A stretch of 64,000 nucleotides of DNA from a virus. The position numbers were made by a program, and so were the translations under genes. The notes beneath the pieces were generated by a model. That model worked only from the letters and a program-made list of their open reading frames with translations, was not told the origin of the DNA and did no database searches. Every line of letters begins with the position of its first letter. Positions within the stretch are counted from its first letter, which is position 1. Location: IMG/VR virus record IMGVR_UViG_3300042465_009257, positions 96,001 through 160,000 of that record. One strand, 5' to 3'. Below, in pieces: positions 28,501-37,139 of this stretch.

Positions 28501-30416
28501 TGCATATGTAGAATCATCCGCCAGTCTAATATCTAGCCCCGCGCCGTTGCGTTTAATCGCGGGGAATGAGGAAGTAATTCCTCCTATACAAAGAGAATTA
28601 GCTACGTTTGGACTTGCGCGAAGTAATAATTGCGCTCCAGAAGCAGGATCAGAATTTGAGTTTGAAAAATGAATAGGAGCATCTCTTAATGTGAAATAAC
28701 CCCCATTTGCTAAAACACTACTTCCTACATAAAGATTCCTTGGTCTAGTCGCCCCACTTGCGCCAATATCATAGATATTGTCAGTATTAGCTAGTAAATA
28801 CCCAGCATTAGATATTTTCCATTTTACTGCTGTTCCAGTTTTAAAACGGATTTCTTGGGATGTATTATCGCCGTAGATTCCAGTCCCACTGCCCGATTCT
28901 GCCGTTAACGAGCCAAAGGAAAATGAGCCTACATTAATAGTTGAGTTTGTCGCTACGCTACGTGCGAATAAGTTTCCTGAACCGTCAATATAGGTTTCAT
29001 TTGGACTACTCGCCCAGCCCCATGACTGTAATTTGGCGGCTTGACCTCCACTTTGCCCCAAAACGGTAATAGCCTGCGTATTTGTATCAGGGGTACTAAT
29101 TGTAATAGTTGGGGTAATGACACTTGTCCCAAAATAGCCAGTCCTCGGCCTAGTCGCCCCACTTGCGCCGATGTCCTTGGTGTTATCCGTCCCAGTCAAC
29201 AAGTGACCGGCACTAAAGGTCCAGTCTACTCCTGCATTTGCTAAAGAGCCAAATCCCACAACTGATGATCCGCCAGTAATATTGATGGGTCTCGCAATTC
29301 CTGTTCCTGACCATTCTCTGCCAATCACAAAAGTGCCAGCAGACCAGCCATTGAAATCCGCTCGTAATCAACTCCTGAGTTAGTATATGTATTATAAATT
29401 CTAAAAGTCTGAGCAACTCCTGCATTACGTAATGCTAGACTATTTGCAGCATCACGCTGTAAGTAAACATCAGGATTCGGCGTACTTGCTCCCATAGCAA
29501 GGTGACCTACCGTTACTAGTCCATTTGTACTAGTCTGAAAGATGCGATTTGTGCCATCTATAATAGAGAAACTGCGACTGCCTCCACCAGCAGGAACTTT
29601 AAAAGAAAAGTCATTATACTACCCTCCAATTGTAATATTACGATCACTATCAATAGTTAAAGCTGCTAATAAAGCATTCTGAGCAGAGCCTGAGCTTCCT
29701 GCGGGGGCGACTTGAAAGATTACAGATCCACCCGCCCCAGTCCCCGTTCCTTGGGACCCGGCGATGGTTAAGTTTGTTCCAGCGGTATTAGTTGTTCCCG
29801 CTATTACGGATTGAACGGATATAGTTTGAGCTATTGGGGCGGCGACATCTGTGTTTCCTAATCTAATGTTGGCGGCAGCGCGGCGAGTGAGAAATAAATC
29901 ATAACTACCACCATCGGCAAAAGATCCAGTAGACCACTGTAGGGCCAAAGAGTTTCCTAGAAATAATCCTGCAAATTGACCATTATAAAGACCCGCTCCA
30001 GCATAAGCTTGCGTTGGCACGTCGCCACGAGCAAAAATAACTAATTGACCAGTACCACTATTAATAACTGATCTTTGATTAGGGGTATTTGATGGACCGA
30101 AATCCATAGCCCCTGTCTTAGTAATTTTAAATCTACTAATTGCATTAAGCTGCAAATCTAAAAGATTACTAGACGGACTAGAAAATACATCATTGACATT
30201 CAGCTTTATAGCCGAAGGAATCCCACTGGTATTCCAAGTCGTCGCCAGATCCAGCAGCGAATTCGCCGCCGTCCCAGTGATAGACTGCCCCGTTAATACC
30301 AGTGATGAAAAACCCGCGCTACCAGAAGACCCAAGGCCAATCGAAGAGCGTATTTGCGCTTGCTGCTGAGGGGTCGGCGGGGTGCCTTTCGGCATGTCTC
30401 CAAGGTCAATTGCCAT
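25564..30416 (-). pseudogene. long tail fibre (~1600 aa) interrupted by an in-frame TAG and a frameshift; fragments 29619..30416 and 25564..29328
   Basis: Reading through the TAG at 29619-29621 gives YNDFSFKV...DVYLQRDAANSLALRNAGVAQTFRIYNTYTNSGVDYER, a fibre module. It continues as FNGWSAGTFVIGREWSG only after a 1-nt shift near 29355. The C-terminal fragment has GNVGIGT repeats and an ATKSFLIPHPTK...LEGPENGVY chaperone-like end. Confidence 0.75.
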
Positions 30417-30432
30417 AATTAGTTAGTACTAA

Positions 30433-30459
30433 TTACAAATATTGAAGGGAAAATGGAAA
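30433..30459 (-). promoter_or_regulatory. late promoter TTTCC-N17-TGTAA
   Basis: Perfect motif, 16 nt before the ATG at 30416. Confidence 0.75.
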
Positions 30460-30498
30460 TTTTAATTTCTAATATTATTAGCTCCCTATTTACATATA

Positions 30499-33333
30499 TT
30501 AAAAGATTAATGTCCTATAAGCTTTCGTTCCAGTGTGCTGCATCAGGTATAGATAAGGAACCCCATCTACAGATTTAACGATTTCCATCCTATTCCCAAC
30601 TGTCGCGGTTGAGTGCAAGTCCGTAAGCTGGAAAGCGGCCCTTTGTTCTTCAGTTACAACATTGAGAGAAAACACCCTGCCCGTCCCGTCCTTATGCAAG
30701 TAAATGGTATCAACTCCGTCATAAGCATACATTGAGCCGGTAGTATAAGTCTCTTGCTGAGGGGAGAAGAACGATCCATAATTCCAAGTTCCGGTTGTGA
30801 GATCGTAAATGTCAAACATATTCGAAACACCGCCCCTTGGAGCGAACATATACTTGCCCTTGGTCGCAGTATCCGAAGTTCCCCACAGCCAGAGCAACTG
30901 AATGCCTGCGCCGCGTTGAGGAATTCCAAGAATTGCATATGTAGAAGTTATGTCAGGAGCAGTCATTGCGCCAGTCGTCAAAACGGTTGACGTATTTGAT
31001 GCAATTGTAACTTCTTGACCCAATCCGGTTCCAGCCGTTACGCGAAGACGTTTACCGCCAAACGCATTTACAGCCCAGTTCTTTGTTCCCGTTTCTGTAA
31101 CAGAGCTTGCGCTACCGGCAGTCATGAGACCCCATGTATCAGCAATCTCATAGAATGTTGCAGCGGTTGGAGTAAATGTCTGCGTAGCATAAGTCAAAGT
31201 ATTAGCAGTGTTCGAGATAATAGCAATAATACCAAAACCAAGTCCTGGACCAGCCTCAATCCTAATTTTATATCCAGCCCATTGATTGATAAACCAATTT
31301 TTGGTTGAATCTACAAGAGTTGCAGTTGTGCCGCCAGTTGCAAATCCGTCACGGCCTTTATCAGCTTGTTTGTATTGCTCATCAACACCAAATACTTTGG
31401 AATCTTCAATAACGTATTTTGAAGTTCCGTTAATACCAGCAACAATTGGTGCGACTACAAGGGAGCTTGCGGTGTTGGATATAATCCACCTTTTTTGAGC
31501 GGTGCCGCCAGTGCCAGCAGTAATAAGACTTACAATTCTTCCTGCGTGCTCGTTTATAGTCCAGTTCTTTGAGCTATCAACAATTAGGGTTGTTGTCTGC
31601 GTAAGAGACGGAGCCATATTCGCAGCAGCCGAAGTGGTAATGTCAAAAGACGTAATACCATTTGCGCATAATACAGTTGTCGATACATTATAAGGAGTTT
31701 CCGTACAGCCAGAAATGGTAATGTTATCGCCTTTTTCGAGGAAATGGCTTGTTGCTGTAACTACTTTACAAACAACTCCAACGGAGGTGATTGAAATAGT
31801 GCAACCAGTTCCAGTGCCGCCAGTTGTTGCTTGCCCAGTTGCAACGGTATAACCCGTGGTTACGCCAGCATTTTGCAATTCAATAGCCGTGACAACACCG
31901 CCAGTTGTAATGCCTGTAACAATTACTTGCGCTCCAGTTCCGCCAACAGAACAGGTCAATACATCACCAAGGGAATAGTTTGTTCCGCCAGCAGTTGGTG
32001 CTGAGGCAACTCCGGTAACGCCTGCCGCCAACCGTGTTCCAGTATTGATACCAAAAGGAATCCAGCCGTTAAGCTGAACAGACATATTGGCTGTAACGCC
32101 ATCATCAAACGAATGCCCTTGCATCCAATAGTCGTTTTCTGGAGAGTAAGCGTAAATTGCTGAAGCAGCATTTCCAGCAAGATATAACTTGTCATAATCT
32201 GCCCAAATTTCAAATGTAGATGTTGCGTCAGGGGTAAGAGTCCATGCTCTTCCAAAGTTGAACGTATTTGCCGTATGAGAAACAATTCGTAAATTTTGAC
32301 CAACACCTGTTCCACCAGTAATTAGCATTCGGTAATTCCTATACCTATTTGGAACAAGGGATAGCCCGGTAACAAGAGTTCTTGAGCTACCAGACGAAGC
32401 GGTGCCGCTCAAGAATGCAGAACCAAATTTGCCGGTCCTTTCTAATGAAAGATCAGTTCCGTAAGCGGCCAAGATAAGACCTTGTGGCACCGTCTTTGTT
32501 TGCCAGTTATCGTTGGCAATATCATAGTATTGTAAAGAGATAAATGGAGCAGCACTAGAAGAGGATGCAAGATAAATACCGCCAGTCAAAGTAGTAAAGA
32601 ATGAACTCAAGTCTGGAGTAACCGTCCAAGCTGTAACGCTATAGGTAGACGAGAAAATCCGATAATGAGCTTGAGTATTTACGTTTGCATTGGCAAGTGC
32701 GTATGGAGCATTAGCTACAATAGCTTGGTTATTCCAAGGATCATGTGGTTGCAAGTTTACATCGTTGAAATACAAAGTCGTTGCATCATTATACAATACT
32801 TTTTTGTAAACAGATTGACCACTACCAAAAGTAATACCAACTTGATAACCAGCCCATTGATTTATTTTCCATTTCTTCAACCCATCAGTAATATTGGTTG
32901 AACCAGTGCCAGCCGTCATTACGCCAAAATCATGAGTCGTTTCACCAGTATAGGTAAGTGTGCGCTCTTGACCTGCCCCAGTTCCTTGGAGGATTCGCAA
33001 TTTCTTTCCGTCAAATATTTTCCCTCTCAATCCGGGAATTGTAACGCTTGTAGACGTTGCTCCAAGAACGCGGCCATGGAAGCCTCTGTTCATTGTAACC
33101 CGTAGACTTGCAACAGTCAATGGAACAACGTTAGGAGTCGCGAGTTGCTGCCAAGCATCGCCATCAATGTCATAACGATAAAACAAAGCTCCAGCGAGGT
33201 AGTAGATATATTTGCTATCTCCAGTTTCGACGGTGGTCCATGAAGAAAGTGCTGACGACGCAGTCGGAGCTTGGTTAAGGAGTTCCCAAACCGGGAGATC
33301 TACAGTTTTTTTAAGATTGCTAGTATAAGACAT
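30499..33333 (-). CDS. virion adhesin: Kelch-like propeller with ~6 inserted beta modules
   Basis: FYRYDIDGDAWQQLA and FDIYDLTTGTW blades; repeats of K.W..N.(W/F)AG..(I/V)..G.G.GQ...I.SNT. Confidence 0.6.
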   Translation of the reverse strand: MSYTSNLKKTVDLPVWELLNQAPTASSALSSWTTVETGDSKYIYYLAGALFYRYDIDGDAWQQLATPNVVPLTVASLRVTMNRGFHGRVLGATSTSVTIPGLRGKIFDGKKLRILQGTGAGQERTLTYTGETTHDFGVMTAGTGSTNITDGLKKWKINQWAGYQVGITFGSGQSVYKKVLYNDATTLYFNDVNLQPHDPWNNQAIVANAPYALANANVNTQAHYRIFSSTYSVTAWTVTPDLSSFFTTLTGGIYLASSSSAAPFISLQYYDIANDNWQTKTVPQGLILAAYGTDLSLERTGKFGSAFLSGTASSGSSRTLVTGLSLVPNRYRNYRMLITGGTGVGQNLRIVSHTANTFNFGRAWTLTPDATSTFEIWADYDKLYLAGNAASAIYAYSPENDYWMQGHSFDDGVTANMSVQLNGWIPFGINTGTRLAAGVTGVASAPTAGGTNYSLGDVLTCSVGGTGAQVIVTGITTGGVVTAIELQNAGVTTGYTVATGQATTGGTGTGCTISITSVGVVCKVVTATSHFLEKGDNITISGCTETPYNVSTTVLCANGITSFDITTSAAANMAPSLTQTTTLIVDSSKNWTINEHAGRIVSLITAGTGGTAQKRWIISNTASSLVVAPIVAGINGTSKYVIEDSKVFGVDEQYKQADKGRDGFATGGTTATLVDSTKNWFINQWAGYKIRIEAGPGLGFGIIAIISNTANTLTYATQTFTPTAATFYEIADTWGLMTAGSASSVTETGTKNWAVNAFGGKRLRVTAGTGLGQEVTIASNTSTVLTTGAMTAPDITSTYAILGIPQRGAGIQLLWLWGTSDTATKGKYMFAPRGGVSNMFDIYDLTTGTWNYGSFFSPQQETYTTGSMYAYDGVDTIYLHKDGTGRVFSLNVVTEEQRAAFQLTDLHSTATVGNRMEIVKSVDGVPYLYLMQHTGTKAYRTLIF

Positions 33334-33337
33334 ATTT

Positions 33338-33616
33338 CTAAAAAGTTAAATTGTTTCTTACGGAATTTGCGTAAGTGTTACGAGCCTGGTCTTTAGCCAT
33401 CACAAAAGCGTTTACAGTTCCCATATTCGCTTGGTTTGTGACGGAGGAAACGGTATTAACGGTTCCCACGGTAGTAACGGTAGTCACGGTGCCCGAGGCA
33501 ACATCAACACTTAAGTTATTTCTTCCTCCACCCGTAATAATTCCAAGAGGCTTCAGTAGTATTAAAATTTTCTTTAATACTGAGTTTGTTTCATCGAGTG
33601 ATTCAAAATATGACAT
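33338..33616 (-). CDS. small virion protein, probable partner of the 944-aa adhesin
   Basis: TVTTVTTVGTVNTV beta repeat; closely coupled to the next gene. Confidence 0.6.
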   Translation of the reverse strand: MSYFESLDETNSVLKKILILLKPLGIITGGGRNNLSVDVASGTVTTVTTVGTVNTVSSVTNQANMGTVNAFVMAKDQARNTYANSVRNNLTF

Positions 33617-33630
33617 ATATTTGTTTTATT

Positions 33631-34620
33631 TTATACAATATACCAATTAAAGCCAGAAGACCTTAGTTGTGCTGTAGAGTTATGATTTTTAATAATAAGT
33701 TGTGAATCATCATCAACAAAATCTCCAGCAAACGCAGTGACGGTGACTTCGCCAGATGACTGGTTTGAGATAGTTATACTCCTACTGACGGATGTGACTT
33801 TGGGCAAGAAAATTGTCACAGGATTGGTAGCGATGATATATTGATTTTCGTCAGTCGCCGTTAAATTAGACGTAGCTATAATTGTCCCCACCTCAAGGCC
33901 GAGGGCGATTCGGTGAGCCAAAGCAGAACCAGTCCCGTATGAATAGGCGGCAGAGTTGCCCCATGTGGTTGATCCGATAGAAGTTGTCCCGTTGACGTTT
34001 AGCCCTGCGAAGGTTGGGCTGTCTGCCGTCCCAACGCCGAGGGCAGTTCGGTGGGCCAAAGCGGAACCAGTTCCGTATGAATAACTAGCAGAGTTACCCC
34101 ATGTAGTTGATCCAAGAGAAGTGGTTCCGCTGACGTTTAATCCTGCGAAGGTCGGGCTGTCTGTCGTCCCTAAGCCTAAGTTTGTCCGCGCTCCCGCAGC
34201 CGTAGTGGCCCCTGTGCCGCCCCGTGAGAGGCCCCCGATATCCACAGTCCACTTGCTAATTCCGTCAGAGACCAGTGTCGGAGACGATCCCGAGGTCGAC
34301 AGCACTACACTGACGCCCCCGTTAATCGTATCCGCCCCGGACCTGGCAAGGGTTACGGTGTTGGTTGCGGTAATGGTTGACGCACCGTCTGAGAAATTAA
34401 GCCTGAATCCAGCCTGGTACGAGCTTGCGGGGGGGATCGTATAGATTCGCGCAGCCGTCAGTGCGCTGGTCAGGATAATGTCTATTGTCCCATTAGGAAT
34501 CGTGGCGTTGGCATTGCCTACGAATTGCGTATTGATCAGGCCAAGGGCGGTGAGAATCTGCAATTTTTCAGCCGGGGACGGCGGGGTGCCTACCGGGGCG
34601 TTTCCTAAGTCGATTGACAT
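33631..34620 (-). CDS. tail fibre protein
   Basis: N-terminal MSIDLGNAPVGTPPSP anchor shared with the gene starting at 30416; GGTGATTAAGARTNLGLG fibre motif; internal duplication. Confidence 0.75.
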   Translation of the reverse strand: MSIDLGNAPVGTPPSPAEKLQILTALGLINTQFVGNANATIPNGTIDIILTSALTAARIYTIPPASSYQAGFRLNFSDGASTITATNTVTLARSGADTINGGVSVVLSTSGSSPTLVSDGISKWTVDIGGLSRGGTGATTAAGARTNLGLGTTDSPTFAGLNVSGTTSLGSTTWGNSASYSYGTGSALAHRTALGVGTADSPTFAGLNVNGTTSIGSTTWGNSAAYSYGTGSALAHRIALGLEVGTIIATSNLTATDENQYIIATNPVTIFLPKVTSVSRSITISNQSSGEVTVTAFAGDFVDDDSQLIIKNHNSTAQLRSSGFNWYIV

Positions 34621-34637
34621 AAATTAATTAATACTGT

Positions 34638-34664
34638 TTACAGCTATTTCTTTTTAAAATGAAA
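34638..34664 (-). promoter_or_regulatory. late promoter variant TTTCA-N17-TGTAA
   Basis: One mismatch; 17 nt before the ATG at 34620. Confidence 0.65.
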
Positions 34665-34742
34665 TTCTATTTTAGTATTATTTTAATTAAGATCCGATTT
34701 TTGACCTAATCAAGATCTAAAGGCAAATTTCTTTGCTTTTTA

Positions 34743-35156
34743 TCAAGGAGCGACAGGCTCAGCAGGTGCAACAGGCTCAGCAGGTGCAACAGGCTCAGCA
34801 GGTGCGGCAGGCTCAACGGGAGCAACAGGTGCAACAGGCTCAACAGGAGGATTGTTCTTTGCCTCTTGATAAGCAATCAAATCGGGCAGACATGTGGCGA
34901 CGGCGGCGAAGGCGGCTCCAGCAGTCGGGACGGCTTGCACTACTTCCCAGAAAGGAAGGCGAACTTCGCGACGATCAGATAGCAGACGATCACCTGTTAC
35001 CTGGTCATAGGGAACATATTCAACATAAATGCTGTCCTGTTCGCCCATCGACCGGGCCGCGATGGCAAGGTCCATGATGTAAATTTCATTGAATGTCTTC
35101 GGGGTTACCTCGGGACGTTCGGCGGGAGTAGAGAGTGGAATTGTAATTGCGGCCAT
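34743..35156 (-). CDS. putative fibre assembly protein with PAEPVA tail
   Basis: Downstream of a fibre gene; Pro/Ala/Glu C-terminal repeat. Confidence 0.55.
   Translation of the reverse strand: MAAITIPLSTPAERPEVTPKTFNEIYIMDLAIAARSMGEQDSIYVEYVPYDQVTGDRLLSDRREVRLPFWEVVQAVPTAGAAFAAVATCLPDLIAYQEAKNNPPVEPVAPVAPVEPAAPAEPVAPAEPVAPAEPVAP
34746..34848 (-). repeat. 9/18-bp tandem coding repeat (PAEPVA)n
   Basis: aggctcagcaggtgcaac-type units. Confidence 0.8.
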
Positions 35157-35164
35157 ATTATTAT

Positions 35165-35362
35165 TTATTTAGTAGAGGTTGCTTGGGGTTCAGGCTTGGC
35201 GCTTTCGGCTTCGGCTGCTTCGATTTGGCTCAAGACGGCGATAGCTCCCTTGAGTTGGGTCTCTTCGCTTTCGAGTTGTTTAAGCCGTTCCCGCAGATCG
35301 TGCTGTTCGGCGAGGTTGGCGTTACGGGAGGTGATGAGGTTGGTTTTGTAGGTTTGGTTCAT
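35165..35362 (-). CDS. small coiled-coil protein (fibre chaperone-like)
   Basis: 65 aa, LRERLKQLESEETQLKGAIAVL; sits directly after a fibre gene. Confidence 0.6.
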   Translation of the reverse strand: MNQTYKTNLITSRNANLAEQHDLRERLKQLESEETQLKGAIAVLSQIEAAEAESAKPEPQATSTK

Positions 35363-35375
35363 GTGGGAATTGTTG

Positions 35376-36608
35376 TTAGACAGCAGTAATCGTCAGCACC
35401 GTCCCACCGTTCGGCACCGTAACTCGGTATCGTGTGCCGTCTGGGGATTTCAGGATCACTCCTTTTGCGATGGTATCGACCTCAATGTCTCCGGAAGATA
35501 CTTGCAGTTTAGATGCCGGAGTGGTCGTGCCGATGCCAAGGTTGCCGTTGGCAGACATCTGCATATAAGTGGTTGTATAATTGACCCACGTAAACAATGG
35601 GCGTGTGCCAACCGCGCTTAAAGTCCCATTGTTTGGATCAGCGGCATTACTTGTAATAGCCGCAGAAAAAGCGACTATTGGCGCGGTGCCTGTGTCGTTG
35701 GCTGAGGTTGTTTGGCCCGACATATTAAGGCAGTAGCGAGCAGAAGAAGAAAACACAGCTCCAATAAACCCCGGAACAAAACTGCCATCCGAAACTGTGC
35801 CGTTTGCCATGTAAAAGGCATCATTCCCAGAATCAGAAACCGTGCATTTTAACAAGTTTTCTCTGACGCCAGTTTGCCCGGTCGCCTGAATGTGCAACGG
35901 AGACCCCGGAGCAGTTGTTCCAATCCCAACATTCCCACCCGCAGCAATCGACATCCGAACCACCCCACCCGTAACAAAATCAATCGGACGAGCCGTCCCC
36001 GTCCCACCATGCTCCGTCCCGATCCGAAGCGTATTGGCCGTGGTCAGCCAGTCAAATCCACCCCATTCATTGGCGGTTGTTCCCAAGAAGGTGTTATAGA
36101 CCCGGTGGACCTGTTTTGCTGTCCCGTTCCGCTGGGCTAGGATTCCGGCGGCGTCTCTAATTAAGATGGCATCAAGCGCAATGCTGTCTGGATTAAAGTA
36201 AGGGCCAAATCCAATATATCCGTTACCTCCAATGGCAATTGGAATGTGAGATGCTACACGGGTGTTTGTTGTGTTAAAATTTCCACTTCCAGCGGAAACC
36301 TGCCCGCCTTTGTCTACATTAAACTTACTCACCCCACCCACCTGAAGGTCCATCAAGTTTGACGTAGCGCCGCTTGCTGTATTTGTTACGTTAAGCTTCA
36401 ATGCGCTCGGCGTTCCGGTCGTGTTCCATGTTGTCGCCAGGTCGACCAGACTAGTCGCCTGCGTCCCGGTCAGCGATTGGCCGGTCAGGGATTGGGCCAA
36501 AAACGTCGGCGCGTCCGTTTGGCCTAGGCCGATGGCGGTGCGGATCGCGGCGTTATCGGCGGCACGGAGCATCGTGTCTACATTCGTGGATACAGTATGA
36601 TTAGGCAT
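35376..36608 (-). CDS. modular tail fibre protein
   Basis: AIRTAIGLG anchor, GNVGIGT repeats, GVILKSPDGTRYRVTV C-terminus. Confidence 0.78.
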   Translation of the reverse strand: MPNHTVSTNVDTMLRAADNAAIRTAIGLGQTDAPTFLAQSLTGQSLTGTQATSLVDLATTWNTTGTPSALKLNVTNTASGATSNLMDLQVGGVSKFNVDKGGQVSAGSGNFNTTNTRVASHIPIAIGGNGYIGFGPYFNPDSIALDAILIRDAAGILAQRNGTAKQVHRVYNTFLGTTANEWGGFDWLTTANTLRIGTEHGGTGTARPIDFVTGGVVRMSIAAGGNVGIGTTAPGSPLHIQATGQTGVRENLLKCTVSDSGNDAFYMANGTVSDGSFVPGFIGAVFSSSARYCLNMSGQTTSANDTGTAPIVAFSAAITSNAADPNNGTLSAVGTRPLFTWVNYTTTYMQMSANGNLGIGTTTPASKLQVSSGDIEVDTIAKGVILKSPDGTRYRVTVPNGGTVLTITAV

Positions 36609-36612
36609 AAAA

Positions 36613-36783
36613 TTAAGGAATCAAGTAAAGTGAAGAGCCGTCTGGTTGGAAATAGTTGGTACCGTCAGACTGGACGTAAGTTGAAGGGCTAGTAGTAGTA
36701 GAAGTCCTGGTCCTGACTCCGGACAAAGCTCCGCTAAGAATAGGCCGAAGAATTGGCCCGAGAATCGAACGAAGAACGGTCAT
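36613..36783 (-). CDS. 56-aa mini-protein, putative fibre adaptor (not in ORF track)
   Basis: TAATG overlap with the upstream gene and fills the gap exactly: MTVLRSILGPILRPILSGALSG...TYVQSDGTNYFQPDGSSLYLIP. Confidence 0.7.
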   Translation of the reverse strand: MTVLRSILGPILRPILSGALSGVRTRTSTTTSPSTYVQSDGTNYFQPDGSSLYLIP

Positions 36784-37058
36784 TAAGGGAAAGTGGTTAC
36801 TTCAACGTTAATCGCGTTATAAGGATCTGGATTTAAAATCTCAAATTTCAAATTCGCGCCTGGGAAAACAATAGATTCCGCGAAATTGCCGTTATAGGAG
36901 GCCAGGCCCGCGAAAGTCCCCGAAGTCGCGCCCGCAAAACTATAGGAGACTTTAACCTTAGTATTCGGCGCAAACGGCCCGGTGGAAGAGATAACCCCGT
37001 TCGCGCCAGGAGTCGTGGTAAATAGTCCTGTTCCGGACGCTGAATTTAGTGTGATCAT
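36783..37058 (-). CDS. stand-alone MITLNS anchor domain protein
   Basis: 91 aa, closely similar to the N-termini of 37140..39200 and 39254..41221. Confidence 0.75.
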   Translation of the reverse strand: MITLNSASGTGLFTTTPGANGVISSTGPFAPNTKVKVSYSFAGATSGTFAGLASYNGNFAESIVFPGANLKFEILNPDPYNAINVEVTTFP

Positions 37059-37070
37059 ACCTGCTACTTT

Positions 37071-37097
37071 TTACAGTCAAAGGTAAAATTAAGGAAA
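37071..37097 (-). promoter_or_regulatory. late promoter TTTCC-N17-TGTAA
   Basis: Perfect motif, 12 nt before the ATG at 37058. Confidence 0.75.
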
Positions 37098-37139
37098 TAA
37101 AAAGAAAAATAAAATTTCGGTTGGCGGCGGGATGAAAAA

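Noticed and set aside
29619-29621. Genome-wide TAG reassignment
   Set aside because: TAG ends other genes cleanly (33338, 53848) and long ORFs are otherwise intact under the standard code. The broken gene also needs a frameshift.
34715-34742. Terminator after the PAEPVA gene
   Set aside because: Only a weak AT-rich hairpin with a mismatch and a short U-tract.
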